Shown: one piece after another, positions 45,715 to 54,729 of the stretch
How the letters are laid out: each line of letters starts with the position of its first letter
Numbering within the stretch: position 1 is the stretch's first letter
Assembly (NCBI GenBank): GCA_965248695.1
Contig: CBDFKD010000002.1
Coordinates: 4,384,001-4,448,000, forward strand
Direction: 5' to 3'
Length of the DNA: 64,000 bases
Origin: Acidobacteriota bacterium
GTDB lineage: Bacteria > Acidobacteriota > UBA890 > WLXD01
Made by a program: the position numbers and the translations under genes
Notes under the pieces: model-generated
What the model saw: the letters and a program-made list of their open reading frames with translations, nothing else
Told to the model about the DNA's origin: nothing
Database searches by the model: none

Positions 45715-47509
45715 CAAACTCGTACGCCAGGGGAGTGATGATCGTTTGTGGGCCGATGCGTATCGTCTCGCCGCGATCCAGCGCACGTCGAACGTCCGCC
45801 TCCGCAACGAAGTCAACAGGTGTGGCAACCGTTGCGCTTCCCGCCTCCCGCTCCATCGATCGGTCCGTCGGAGCCGCCGCGTACGCCCCGCGCGGTGGCT
45901 CTGGCTTCGTCTTGCCCACGGCTCCAGAGTTACCGTGCCGGCATGTCGCGCAACCGCAACCATCCTCGTGTGCTGCCAGACCGGCAGCCGCAGGGACACT
46001 GCGTGCAGGAGCGATTATACCTCTGCCGCGCAGAAACTCACCGACCCGACTCTCCAGGTCGTCGCCTGGTGGCGTTGCGGCCTCCTGCCCGCTAGTGGCT
46101 CTGGGTACGGACGCGACCGGCGCCGCCGTCGCGGTGGAGGCACTCCGGAACGCTCGCTGCCCATATGCCAGTCGCTTGACGTTGATCAGGTGCTGGGGGC
46201 CGACGTTGTCGGAGGTGTTGTTGTTTCCCCACGAGCCACAGCCCAGCGTCATCGACGGGAACAACCCGGTCGTCAGTCCCACTGCCCCGACCGCGGCCAC
46301 GGTGTTGACCAGCACCCGATGTGCGGGCTTGTGCAGACCGAATTCCAGCACCACGCTGTCGTCCTGCGAGTGGATCACCATCGTGTGTCCGAGGCCGCCG
46401 AACTTCAGCAGCTGCTTGCAGCGCTGGCAGGCCTCCTGCCAGTCCTCGACCTCGTAGAAGGCCAACACGGGCGAGAGCTTCTCGTGCGACAGCGGGTAGT
46501 CCCGCCCGACGCCCTCCTGCGGGCACACGAGCACCTGCGTGCCCGCCGGCACGTCGATTCCCGCCGCGTCGGCGATGGTCGTTGCCGGCTGACCCACCAA
46601 CGCGGTGTTGACCAGCAGCTTGTCGGTAATGAGCGTTCTCGCCAGGCGCTCGCACTCCGAAGATGACAGGAAATGCCCACCGTTGATCTCCGCCGCCGAT
46701 CGGACCCGTTCGCTGATGACTCGGTCACAGACGATCGCCTGCTCCGAGGAACACAACGTGCCGTTGTCGAACGTGGTGCCGGATATGACGTCTGCGACCG
46801 CCTGCTCGACATTGGCGCTTCGTTCAATGTAGGCCGGCACGTTGCCTGGCCCGACGCCGTATGCCGGCTTGCCGGCGGAGTAGGCCGAGCGCACCATCGC
46901 CATGCCCCCGGTTGCCAGGATCACATCGACGTCGCGTGCATGCATGAGCTCCCGCGTGCCTTCGATTGTTACTACCGTCATGCACCCGATGATCTCGCGC
47001 GGTGCGCCGGCGGCGACAGCGGCCTCATGCATTACGTCGGCGGCGGACTTGATGCAGGCCTTGGCGTTGGGGTGCGGTGAGAGCACTACGCCGCAGCGCG
47101 CTTTGATCGCAATGAGACACTTGAACATGGCTGTGGATGTGGGGTTGGTAGTAGGGATGATCCCCGCCACCACACCGACTGGCTCGGCGATCTCGCGCAC
47201 GCCAGCCTCGGCGTCCTCGCTGATCACACCGACCGTGCGCATACCGCGCATCGCCTCGACAACTCGTTGGAGCACGAAGTCGTTCTTGGCGATCTTGTCA
47301 TCGACGTTGCCGTAGCCGGTCTCCTCGACCGCCATCGCCGCCAGGCGAGCGCTCTCGCGCAGACCTGCAGCGGCCATCGACTCGACGATCGTGTCAACCT
47401 GCTCTTGGGAGGCTTTCTCCAGCTGCGCCTGCGCGGCTGCTGCGCTGCGGGTCAGCGTTCGCGCCTCGTGCACCGAGCGCAGATCACGATCCAGGTCCGG
47501 CAGGCTCAT
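45683..47509 (-). CDS. CoA-acylating aldehyde dehydrogenase (EutE/AdhE-type), microcompartment-associated, with long C-terminal extension
   Basis: ETGYG, PTTNPTST, SPHP, ATGG, GVGPGN, FDNGTLCSSEQ, EKLSPVL, PSMTLGCGSWG; adjacent to a BMC shell gene. Confidence 0.9.
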   Translation of the reverse strand: MSLPDLDRDLRSVHEARTLTRSAAAAQAQLEKASQEQVDTIVESMAAAGLRESARLAAMAVEETGYGNVDDKIAKNDFVLQRVVEAMRGMRTVGVISEDAEAGVREIAEPVGVVAGIIPTTNPTSTAMFKCLIAIKARCGVVLSPHPNAKACIKSAADVMHEAAVAAGAPREIIGCMTVVTIEGTRELMHARDVDVILATGGMAMVRSAYSAGKPAYGVGPGNVPAYIERSANVEQAVADVISGTTFDNGTLCSSEQAIVCDRVISERVRSAAEINGGHFLSSSECERLARTLITDKLLVNTALVGQPATTIADAAGIDVPAGTQVLVCPQEGVGRDYPLSHEKLSPVLAFYEVEDWQEACQRCKQLLKFGGLGHTMVIHSQDDSVVLEFGLHKPAHRVLVNTVAAVGAVGLTTGLFPSMTLGCGSWGNNNTSDNVGPQHLINVKRLAYGQRAFRSASTATAAPVASVPRATSGQEAATPPGDDLESRVGEFLRGRGIIAPARSVPAAAGLAAHEDGCGCATCRHGNSGAVGKTKPEPPRGAYAAAPTDRSMEREAGSATVATPVDFVAEADVRRALDRGETIRIGPQTIITPLAYEFGEDHDLFLRR

Positions 47510-47578
47510 CGCCGAGCCTCACGCGCCAGCGATCGTTTCGGGCGCCCCCGTATCACTCGAGGCCTGCCTCCGGGTCGG

Positions 47579-47887
47579 CTACTTCTTCTTCGAGGCCGGT
47601 TCCAGATCGGTTTCCGGTAGGATCTTCTCGACTTCATCGTGTGGGCGCGGGATGACGTGAACGGCCACCAACTCGCCGACGCGTCGCGCCGCCGCGGCTC
47701 CGGCATCCGTGGCCGCTTTGACCGCGCCAACGTCGCCGCGCACGAGCACAGTGACGAACGCCGCGCCGATCTGCTCTCGCCCGATCAGCTTCACGTTCGC
47801 AGCCTTTACCATCGCGTCGGCTGCTTCGATCGAGGCGATCAGGCCCCGAGTTTCCACCATGCCCAGTGCTTCGTAGGAAATCGACAT
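47579..47887 (-). CDS. BMC hexameric shell protein (EutM/PduA-like)
   Basis: [10 protein letters not shown]...[12 protein letters not shown]...[11 protein letters not shown]...VHVIPRPH. Confidence 0.96.
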   Translation of the reverse strand: MSISYEALGMVETRGLIASIEAADAMVKAANVKLIGREQIGAAFVTVLVRGDVGAVKAATDAGAAAARRVGELVAVHVIPRPHDEVEKILPETDLEPASKKK

Positions 47888-48104
47888 GCATCACTCCGTG
47901 CAAGGGCGGCGACCCGTGACCTCGCAGCCTGCCAGGACCGCGAATCCGGCCTTCCGGAACGGGCGGAAGGTAGCATGGGAATGCCCCTAGCGGTAGACTA
48001 GGCGATCACGGCCTGTGGGGATGGGAGGCCGTAACCGCGCGGGATCCGGCTGGCCGCCGCCGCCCTTGCTTCCCCGCGACCGCGATACTTTTCGGAGGAG
48101 TTTC

Positions 48105-49001
48105 ATGCCCACATCGTCGTTCCGTGAGCGCCCGCGGTCAGCGCGGACCGTCTGCGCCCTCGCTCTAGCTGTCGCGCTCGTATCTACTGCCTGTGCGGAT
48201 GCCGGGACACCGCAGCTGGACGTGCGGGTGCAGCTCGACCTGCCCGACAGCGTGCCGCTGGGCGAACCGCTGGACATCGGGTTCGCCTGGGAGACGGCCA
48301 GCGAGTTCGAGGCCCCCGCCGACGACTACAAGATCTTCGTTCACATGATCGATCCGGACGGCAACATCCTGTTGCAGGACGACCACTACCCACCGCAGCC
48401 GACCAGCCAGTGGCGCGCCGGCCAGACAGAGGGGTACAGGCGGTGGTATTACCCGCCCAACTCGCTCGAGGCGGAGTATCTGGATTTTGTCGTCGGGCTG
48501 TACTCGCCGGACTCCCGCGCCCGCGTGCGGGACGCCAACGGCGCCTGGGCCGAGGGCGTGCAGGTACATCGGATGACGGTGCGCTCCGACGACGTCTCGG
48601 GCATACCGCTCTACATGGAAGGCTGGCACCCACCGGAGCAGGTGGCGGAGCCGGAAGCACGTGAGTGGCGCTGGAGTCAAGAAAATGCACGTGCTGTGTT
48701 CACGAATCCGCGCAAGGAAGCAGTGTTGCATCTGCATGCTCATGGGCCGTTTGACGAGGTCGGGGCGCAGGCCGTCGTTCTGCGCATCGGCGAGGACGAG
48801 GTGGCGAGTGTCGCGGTCAGCAGTGCCGATGAGTTTCTCGAGCGCATCGTGATCCCTGCCTCGAGCATGGGCGACAACGAGTGGGTCGAGCTGAATCTCC
48901 AGGTGACGCCGGCGCTGGTGCCGCAAGAGATGGACCCGAGCTCCCAGGACGTTCGGCAACTGGGGCTACAAGTGTTCTCGATGTACCTGTCATCCTCCTG
49001 A
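48105..49001 (+). CDS. Hypothetical lipoprotein
   Basis: GGAGG SD; signal ending VSTAC; DYKIFVHMIDPDG...DDHYPP.PTSQW domain followed by a second domain (GWHPPE...WRWS). Confidence 0.75.
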   Translation: MPTSSFRERPRSARTVCALALAVALVSTACADAGTPQLDVRVQLDLPDSVPLGEPLDIGFAWETASEFEAPADDYKIFVHMIDPDGNILLQDDHYPPQPTSQWRAGQTEGYRRWYYPPNSLEAEYLDFVVGLYSPDSRARVRDANGAWAEGVQVHRMTVRSDDVSGIPLYMEGWHPPEQVAEPEAREWRWSQENARAVFTNPRKEAVLHLHAHGPFDEVGAQAVVLRIGEDEVASVAVSSADEFLERIVIPASSMGDNEWVELNLQVTPALVPQEMDPSSQDVRQLGLQVFSMYLSSS

Positions 49002-49052
49002 AACGGCGGTGGGGCTGTCGTCTCAGTAGGGCAGGAGAGCAAGGAGTGGGAC

Positions 49053-50144
<1,092 letters not shown>

Positions 50145-50174
50145 GCCGCCCGAACCGAGCGACCTGATCGCGGC

Positions 50175-50333
50175 CTACGCGCCTGGCGCGCTACCGGGTC
50201 CCTGCGTCTTCTCTGGATGCTCGAACGTGGTGTCGCCGGTCGACATCACCTTGCGGAAGCAGAAGATCACCAGCCCGAAGATGAAGACCCAGGCGAGGAT
50301 CAAGAACGTCCAGCCTGCTGCGGTCATGCCCAT
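50175..50333 (-). CDS. 52-aa single-TM protein, candidate small subunit of the NSS transporter (MetS-like)
   Basis: GGAGG SD; MGMTAAGWTFLILAWVFIFGLVIFCFRKVMSTGDTTFEHPEKTQGPGSAPGA*; 15 nt after the transporter stop; absent from the ORF track. Confidence 0.7.
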   Translation of the reverse strand: MGMTAAGWTFLILAWVFIFGLVIFCFRKVMSTGDTTFEHPEKTQGPGSAPGA

Positions 50334-50348
50334 GAGCGAGTCCTCCGG

Positions 50349-51929
50349 TTAGGCCGCATCGGTAGTCGAGTGGTTGCGCCAGGCGTAGGAAACGGCGAGG
50401 CAGAAGGCAAGGAAGATCCCGATCATCGTCAGCCGCGCGGCACGCACGTAGGGCACGAAGTCCGGGTTGACGCCCTGATAGCTCAGTACCGGCGGCAGGA
50501 TCTGGAAGATCCAGCTGCCGAGGATCACCAGCAGCATCGCCGGTGTGACGTACTTGATGATGAAGCGGAAGATCACCGGTACCTGCAGGTCGGCGCCGGT
50601 GGTGAGCTCGTTCCAGCCGCGGTCGATGCCGAACACCCAGGCGAACAGGATGATCTCGATGGTGGCGAACACAACCAGCCCGAACGTACCGGCCCAGAAG
50701 TCGAACTCGCTCAGGAACCCCTGCTGGTTGAAGAAGATCACCGGCTGGCAGCCGACGAACACCATCGCGCCGAGCACCATCGCGGCCTTCTGCCGCGTCA
50801 TGCGGTACTCCTCCTGCAGGAACGCCATGATCGGCTGGCCCATGGCCAGCGACGACGTGATGCCGGCGAAGAACAGCAAAGCGAACCACATGGTCCCGAA
50901 GAACTGTCCCGCCGGAATCTGTTGGAACAGCGTTGGCATGAGCGCGAACGGCAAGTCGAAGCCGCTGCTGGCAAGCTCCAACGTTCGATCAAGACCGAAG
51001 AAGGCGACGGCGGCGGGAATCGCCAATGTCCCACCGAGCACGACCTCGGCGAACTCGTTTGTCGCCGCTGTCGCCAGGCCCGTCAGCGCAACATCGTCTT
51101 TCTCGCGCAGGTAGCTGGCGTAACAGTGAATCGATCCCAGCCCGAGGCTGAGCGTGAAGAAGACTTGCCCGGCCGCCGCCAGCCATACGCTGGGGCTGGT
51201 GAACATGTCCGGTACCGGGTTCCACACGAACCCCATGCCGGCGCTGACGCTGTAGTCAGGGAGCGCCGGGTCCGGCGTCCCCAGCGTCAGCACCCGGATC
51301 ACCAGCACGATGGCGAACACGAACAGGGTCGGCAGGGCGATCTTGGCGATCGCTTCGATCCCACCGGACACGCCCTTGGAGAGAATCCAGACGTTGGCGC
51401 ACAACGTCACCAGGAACAGCACCCAGGCCCACGACACCGAGCTGAAATAGGTGAGTCCGGCACCGGACACAGCCGGATCACTCATGTCGATCGGGATGCC
51501 GTGGTAGCTGCGCAGGAACGCCAGCATGGGCTCGTATTCGGCGGCGCCCCAGTAGGATCCGGTGGCGGTGAAGATCGTGTAGCCGAGCGACCACGACTCG
51601 ATATAGGTGTAGTAGATCATCACCACGAGCGGCATGAACAGGCCAAGCACGCCGACGTACTTGGCCGCCGGGTGGTCCCAGATCCGCGCCATCATGCCGG
51701 GCGTAGAGGAGTGTCCGTAGCGGCCGCCGTAGCGCCCGATCGACCACTCCACCCACATCAACGGGATTCCCAGCAGCAGGAAGCAGATGAAGTAGGGGAT
51801 CATGAAGGCGCCGCCGCCGTTGGAGGCCGCCTGAACCGGGAAGCGCAGGAAGTTGCCCAGCCCCACGGCGTTTCCGGCCATCGCGAGGATCAACCCGACC
51901 CTCGTGCCCCAGCGTTCTCTGTCAGTCAT
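50349..51929 (-). CDS. Sodium-dependent NSS/SNF-family transporter
   Basis: RERWGTR, GNAVGLGNFLRFP, GGGAFMIPY, QVFFTLSLG, FFAGITSS; about 12 TMs. Confidence 0.93.
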   Translation of the reverse strand: MTDRERWGTRVGLILAMAGNAVGLGNFLRFPVQAASNGGGAFMIPYFICFLLLGIPLMWVEWSIGRYGGRYGHSSTPGMMARIWDHPAAKYVGVLGLFMPLVVMIYYTYIESWSLGYTIFTATGSYWGAAEYEPMLAFLRSYHGIPIDMSDPAVSGAGLTYFSSVSWAWVLFLVTLCANVWILSKGVSGGIEAIAKIALPTLFVFAIVLVIRVLTLGTPDPALPDYSVSAGMGFVWNPVPDMFTSPSVWLAAAGQVFFTLSLGLGSIHCYASYLREKDDVALTGLATAATNEFAEVVLGGTLAIPAAVAFFGLDRTLELASSGFDLPFALMPTLFQQIPAGQFFGTMWFALLFFAGITSSLAMGQPIMAFLQEEYRMTRQKAAMVLGAMVFVGCQPVIFFNQQGFLSEFDFWAGTFGLVVFATIEIILFAWVFGIDRGWNELTTGADLQVPVIFRFIIKYVTPAMLLVILGSWIFQILPPVLSYQGVNPDFVPYVRAARLTMIGIFLAFCLAVSYAWRNHSTTDAA

Positions 51930-52027
51930 CCTCAGGCTCCCGAACTGGGAAAAACCACCGACATCTCATGCCCCGAACGGGGCTTCGTCGACCCAGAACC
52001 GCGGGCTACTATAGCAAATATGCTCGT

Positions 52028-52056
52028 TTGACTGGTCAGTAGGCACGGGCTATAAG
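52028..52056 (+). promoter_or_regulatory. Sigma-70 promoter for tRNA-Phe
   Basis: TTGACT, 17-bp spacer, TATAAG. Confidence 0.6.
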
Positions 52057-52134
52057 GTTTCGGTCCGCGGGTCAGCTCGCGCCGCATCGATTCCGATGCG
52101 CCCGACCCTCAGACTCCCGCCAAAGTCTTCTGGT

Positions 52135-52207
52135 GGGCTCGTAGCTCAGTCGGTAGAGCGAGGGCCTGAAAAGCCCTGCGTCGGTGGTTCAATTCCGCCC
52201 GAGCCCA
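52135..52207 (+). tRNA. tRNA-Phe (GAA)
   Basis: Acceptor GGGCTCG/CGAGCCC, D arm GCTC/GAGC, anticodon stem AGGGC/GCCCT with GAA (52168-52170), T loop TTCAATT; followed by CCT, not CCA. Confidence 0.96.
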
Positions 52208-52312
52208 CCTTGTAACACCAGGCTAGATCACCTGTTTTTAGCGTTTGAGCGAATCCGCTCGCGCGACACCAATTTCACTGTTTCTCACTCAAACGCATTG
52301 GTTTGCCCCCAA

Positions 52313-52335
52313 ATGTGGACACCTATGTGGACACC
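52313..52335. repeat. Tandem 11-bp direct repeat ATGTGGACACC (integrase arm-type site candidate)
   Basis: Exact copies at 52313-52323 and 52325-52335, about 105 bp after the tRNA in an AT-richer tract. Confidence 0.65.
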
Positions 52336-52470
52336 ACACCTGGTTAGGGGTTTGGGCCGTCTGAGTGGCAACGGCGATCCCAGAGCAGCAGCTAGCGTTG
52401 CTCCTGGAGGCGGCTGAGGTAGCCGGAGTAGAGCCAAGGGAGATGTAGCGCGGCAGCGGCGCCGCACGCT

Positions 52471-52845
52471 TCATCGTTGGCGGTCGCGGCGCCAAATCCA
52501 GCCGTAGATCACTGCGTTGAGCGCGATCACCGCCAGCCCCAGACCGATTTGGATTTCTCGCGTCAGGCCAGCGGGGTAGAGCACAGGTATCAGGTAGTGC
52601 TCGATGAAGCTTCCTTCGTATCCGTGCAGGCCGGCTTGCTGGCGCCAGTGATTCTCCAGCGGCGTGAGGGGACAGATCTAGCCGCCGAGCGAGATGAGCG
52701 CCCCCCACACGGCACACGGGACATGTACCCACGCGAAGCGGCGCCACCGCAGTACCAGGATTCCTCCAGCCACGACGACCGTCACGAAGCCGAGGTGGAT
52801 CAGAACGGTCAGGTTGGCCAGAAGACCGTAGAAAGAGGCGTCCAT
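52471..52845 (-). pseudogene. DUF2784-family membrane protein with in-frame TAG (52680-52678)
   Basis: MDASFYGLLANLTVLIHLGF...VHVPCAVWGALISLGG*ICPLTPLENHWRQQAGLHGYEGSFIEHYLIPVLYPAGLTREIQ; the stop sits at the W of the W-x-CPLT motif. Confidence 0.8.
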
Positions 52846-52858
52846 GCAGTTGCCCGCG

Positions 52859-53000
52859 CTACGGGTCCGTCGGCACGAGCCGCTTCAGCTCGTCGAACCA
52901 GTTGGTGATGAGCGTGACGTGGCCTCTGCGAGTCTGGCTCTCGTTGTCCTCAGGGAACATCACGAAACTCTGACCGTCGGTGCTATACGTCGTAGCTGCC
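52859..53000 (-). pseudogene. Frameshifted C-terminal fragment resembling TolB-repeat Ser/Thr kinase proteins
   Basis: GSYDV, one extra base, then STDGQSFVMFP...VTLITNWFDELKRLVPTDP*; no upstream gene body. Confidence 0.55.
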
Positions 53001-53323
53001 CAACCTGGAACTGGCTAATTGATCACGACGCCGGGGATGTAATTGAGCTCGCCGGTCGCCGGCACCGTCTCCACCAAGTAGGTGTAGACGGGCCCGCGCT
53101 TCTTGAAGACCTTCGTCTCCAGCCAAACGTCAGCCCCTTGGGCCTTGGCGGGAAACGACCCCAGTTGTCCCCTCCTGGCCGCCGTTGGCCGCTCCTGGCC
53201 GTTACCCCTGATCTTCCTGCAGAGAGCCTGCTACGGTCCGCGGTGCCCTTCCAGATCCAATCAATGACGAGCGTGACAGTGCGATAGGCTTCGCCATGAT
53301 GTTCGAGAAGGAGCAGCAAATCT

Positions 53324-54019
53324 ATGCGGCGTATCGGATTTCTCTGCACCCTCTTTTGCGCGTTCACCAGTTTCGCTCTGGCGCTGCAGAGCCCTGAGCT
53401 GCGGCAGAAGGTCGCCGCGGCCAAAGAGGCGGCGGCGCGAAACCAGCAGGCGCTGCGCGGTTATTCGTGGATCAGCAAGACCGACGTCCTTGTCAAGGGC
53501 GAGGTCAAGAACACGAAGATCGAGTCCTGCCAGTACGGCCCGGACGGCACGGTACAGAAAACCGAGATTTCCGAGCCCGCCGCGCCTGCGCGGAGGAGGC
53601 GTGGCCTTCGCGGGAGGGTTGCTGCGAAGCAGACCGCCGAAATGCAGCAGGAGATGCAAAGCGCGGCTGCCCTCGTGCGCAGCTACGTTCCGCCGGCACC
53701 GGACAAGCTCCAGGCGGTTATGGCCGCCGGCGGTGTTTCGCTCACCCGAGCGGGCGACGGTAGCGTGGGGCTCCGTTTCGCGGACTACGAGAAATCCGGT
53801 GACTCGCTGGCATTGACGCTCGACTCCACGGCGAACACCTTGCAGCGGGTGAGCGTCGACACGTGGACGGGGGAGCCGACGAACCAGGTCACGCTCGAAG
53901 TGGGATTCCAGTCGCTATCGGACGGGACCAGCTACGCCGCCAGCACGGTGTTGAAGATTCCGGGCGAAGAGATCGAGGTTCACATCAATAACAGCGACTT
54001 CGCGAAGCCGGCGCAGTAG
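53324..54019 (+). CDS. Secreted hypothetical protein
   Basis: AAGGAG SD; signal peptide ending AFALA; AAARNQQALRGYSW...CQYGPDGTVQK. Confidence 0.8.
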   Translation: MRRIGFLCTLFCAFTSFALALQSPELRQKVAAAKEAAARNQQALRGYSWISKTDVLVKGEVKNTKIESCQYGPDGTVQKTEISEPAAPARRRRGLRGRVAAKQTAEMQQEMQSAAALVRSYVPPAPDKLQAVMAAGGVSLTRAGDGSVGLRFADYEKSGDSLALTLDSTANTLQRVSVDTWTGEPTNQVTLEVGFQSLSDGTSYAASTVLKIPGEEIEVHINNSDFAKPAQ

Positions 54020-54041
54020 GTGGATGCATACTGGAGGAAAT

Positions 54042-54530
54042 ATGCAGAGATCAGACGTCACACCCTTCGTGCTGATAGTTCTGGCGCTGGCGGTCGTATC
54101 TGGCGCCGTGGCAGTAGTACCTGGGTACGCTGGAGTTTCGGGGCTCTTTGGCTACACGTCAGCAGACGACCAGGTGCCCCCCGTGGATTGGGGTGAGATC
54201 TCCGACACGTGCCTCACCGGAAAGCGGCAGTCGCCGATAGCGATCAGTACCTCTGACGCCAATCGGAGGGGCGAGTCGGCTCCCGAGATGGACTACGGCA
54301 CCTCCGACCTGACCGTATTCAACAACGGGCACACCATCGAGGCGGAAGTCCACGACGGTGCAGGGGGGATCGTTGTCAACGGCAAGTCCTACGATCTCCT
54401 GCAGTTCCACATCCACTACGGCAGCGAGCACATGATCAACGGCAACATCTACTTTGCCGAGATCCACTTGGTGCACTCTGGAGTTACCCCGTTTCGGTGG
54501 ACAGTTGAACGCTTGGATTTGAGGCCGTAG
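54042..54530 (+). pseudogene. Alpha carbonic anhydrase truncated by an IS end
   Basis: Signal peptide, CLTGKRQSPI, NNGHTI, QFHIH..SEH, EIHLVH; similarity stops at 54478 and the GSLTTPPC half is missing. Confidence 0.85.
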
Positions 54531-54693
54531 TCGTAGTGCTGTGGGAACTCGTGGGAGCCGCAGAGCGGCTTCCAAGTGGCGGTGCGGATCGCGGCGCGAT
54601 CTGCATGGGTACGGCAGTTTCCACAGCCGGTGACGGGGTCTCGGAGTAGCTCCTCTCGTAGGCGATTGGGGATTGGTTTCCGAGCGCAGAGTG
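54479..54693 (-). mobile_element. IS3-family right-end remnant
   Basis: Terminal TGGAGTTACCCCGTTTCGGTGGACAGTT; minus frame encodes HSALGNQSPIAYE...QLSTETG*, an IS3 OrfB-type C-terminus; rest of the transposase is absent. Confidence 0.75.
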
Positions 54694-54729
54694 GCCACCC
54701 AGCCCGTAGCTTGAACCAGGAGGTGAGCC

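Noticed and set aside
49002-49052. LexA/SOS box upstream of recA (also checked upstream of uvrA)
   Set aside because: No GTTC-N7-GTTC, CTGT-N8-ACAG or GAAC-N4-GTTC match was evident by eye.
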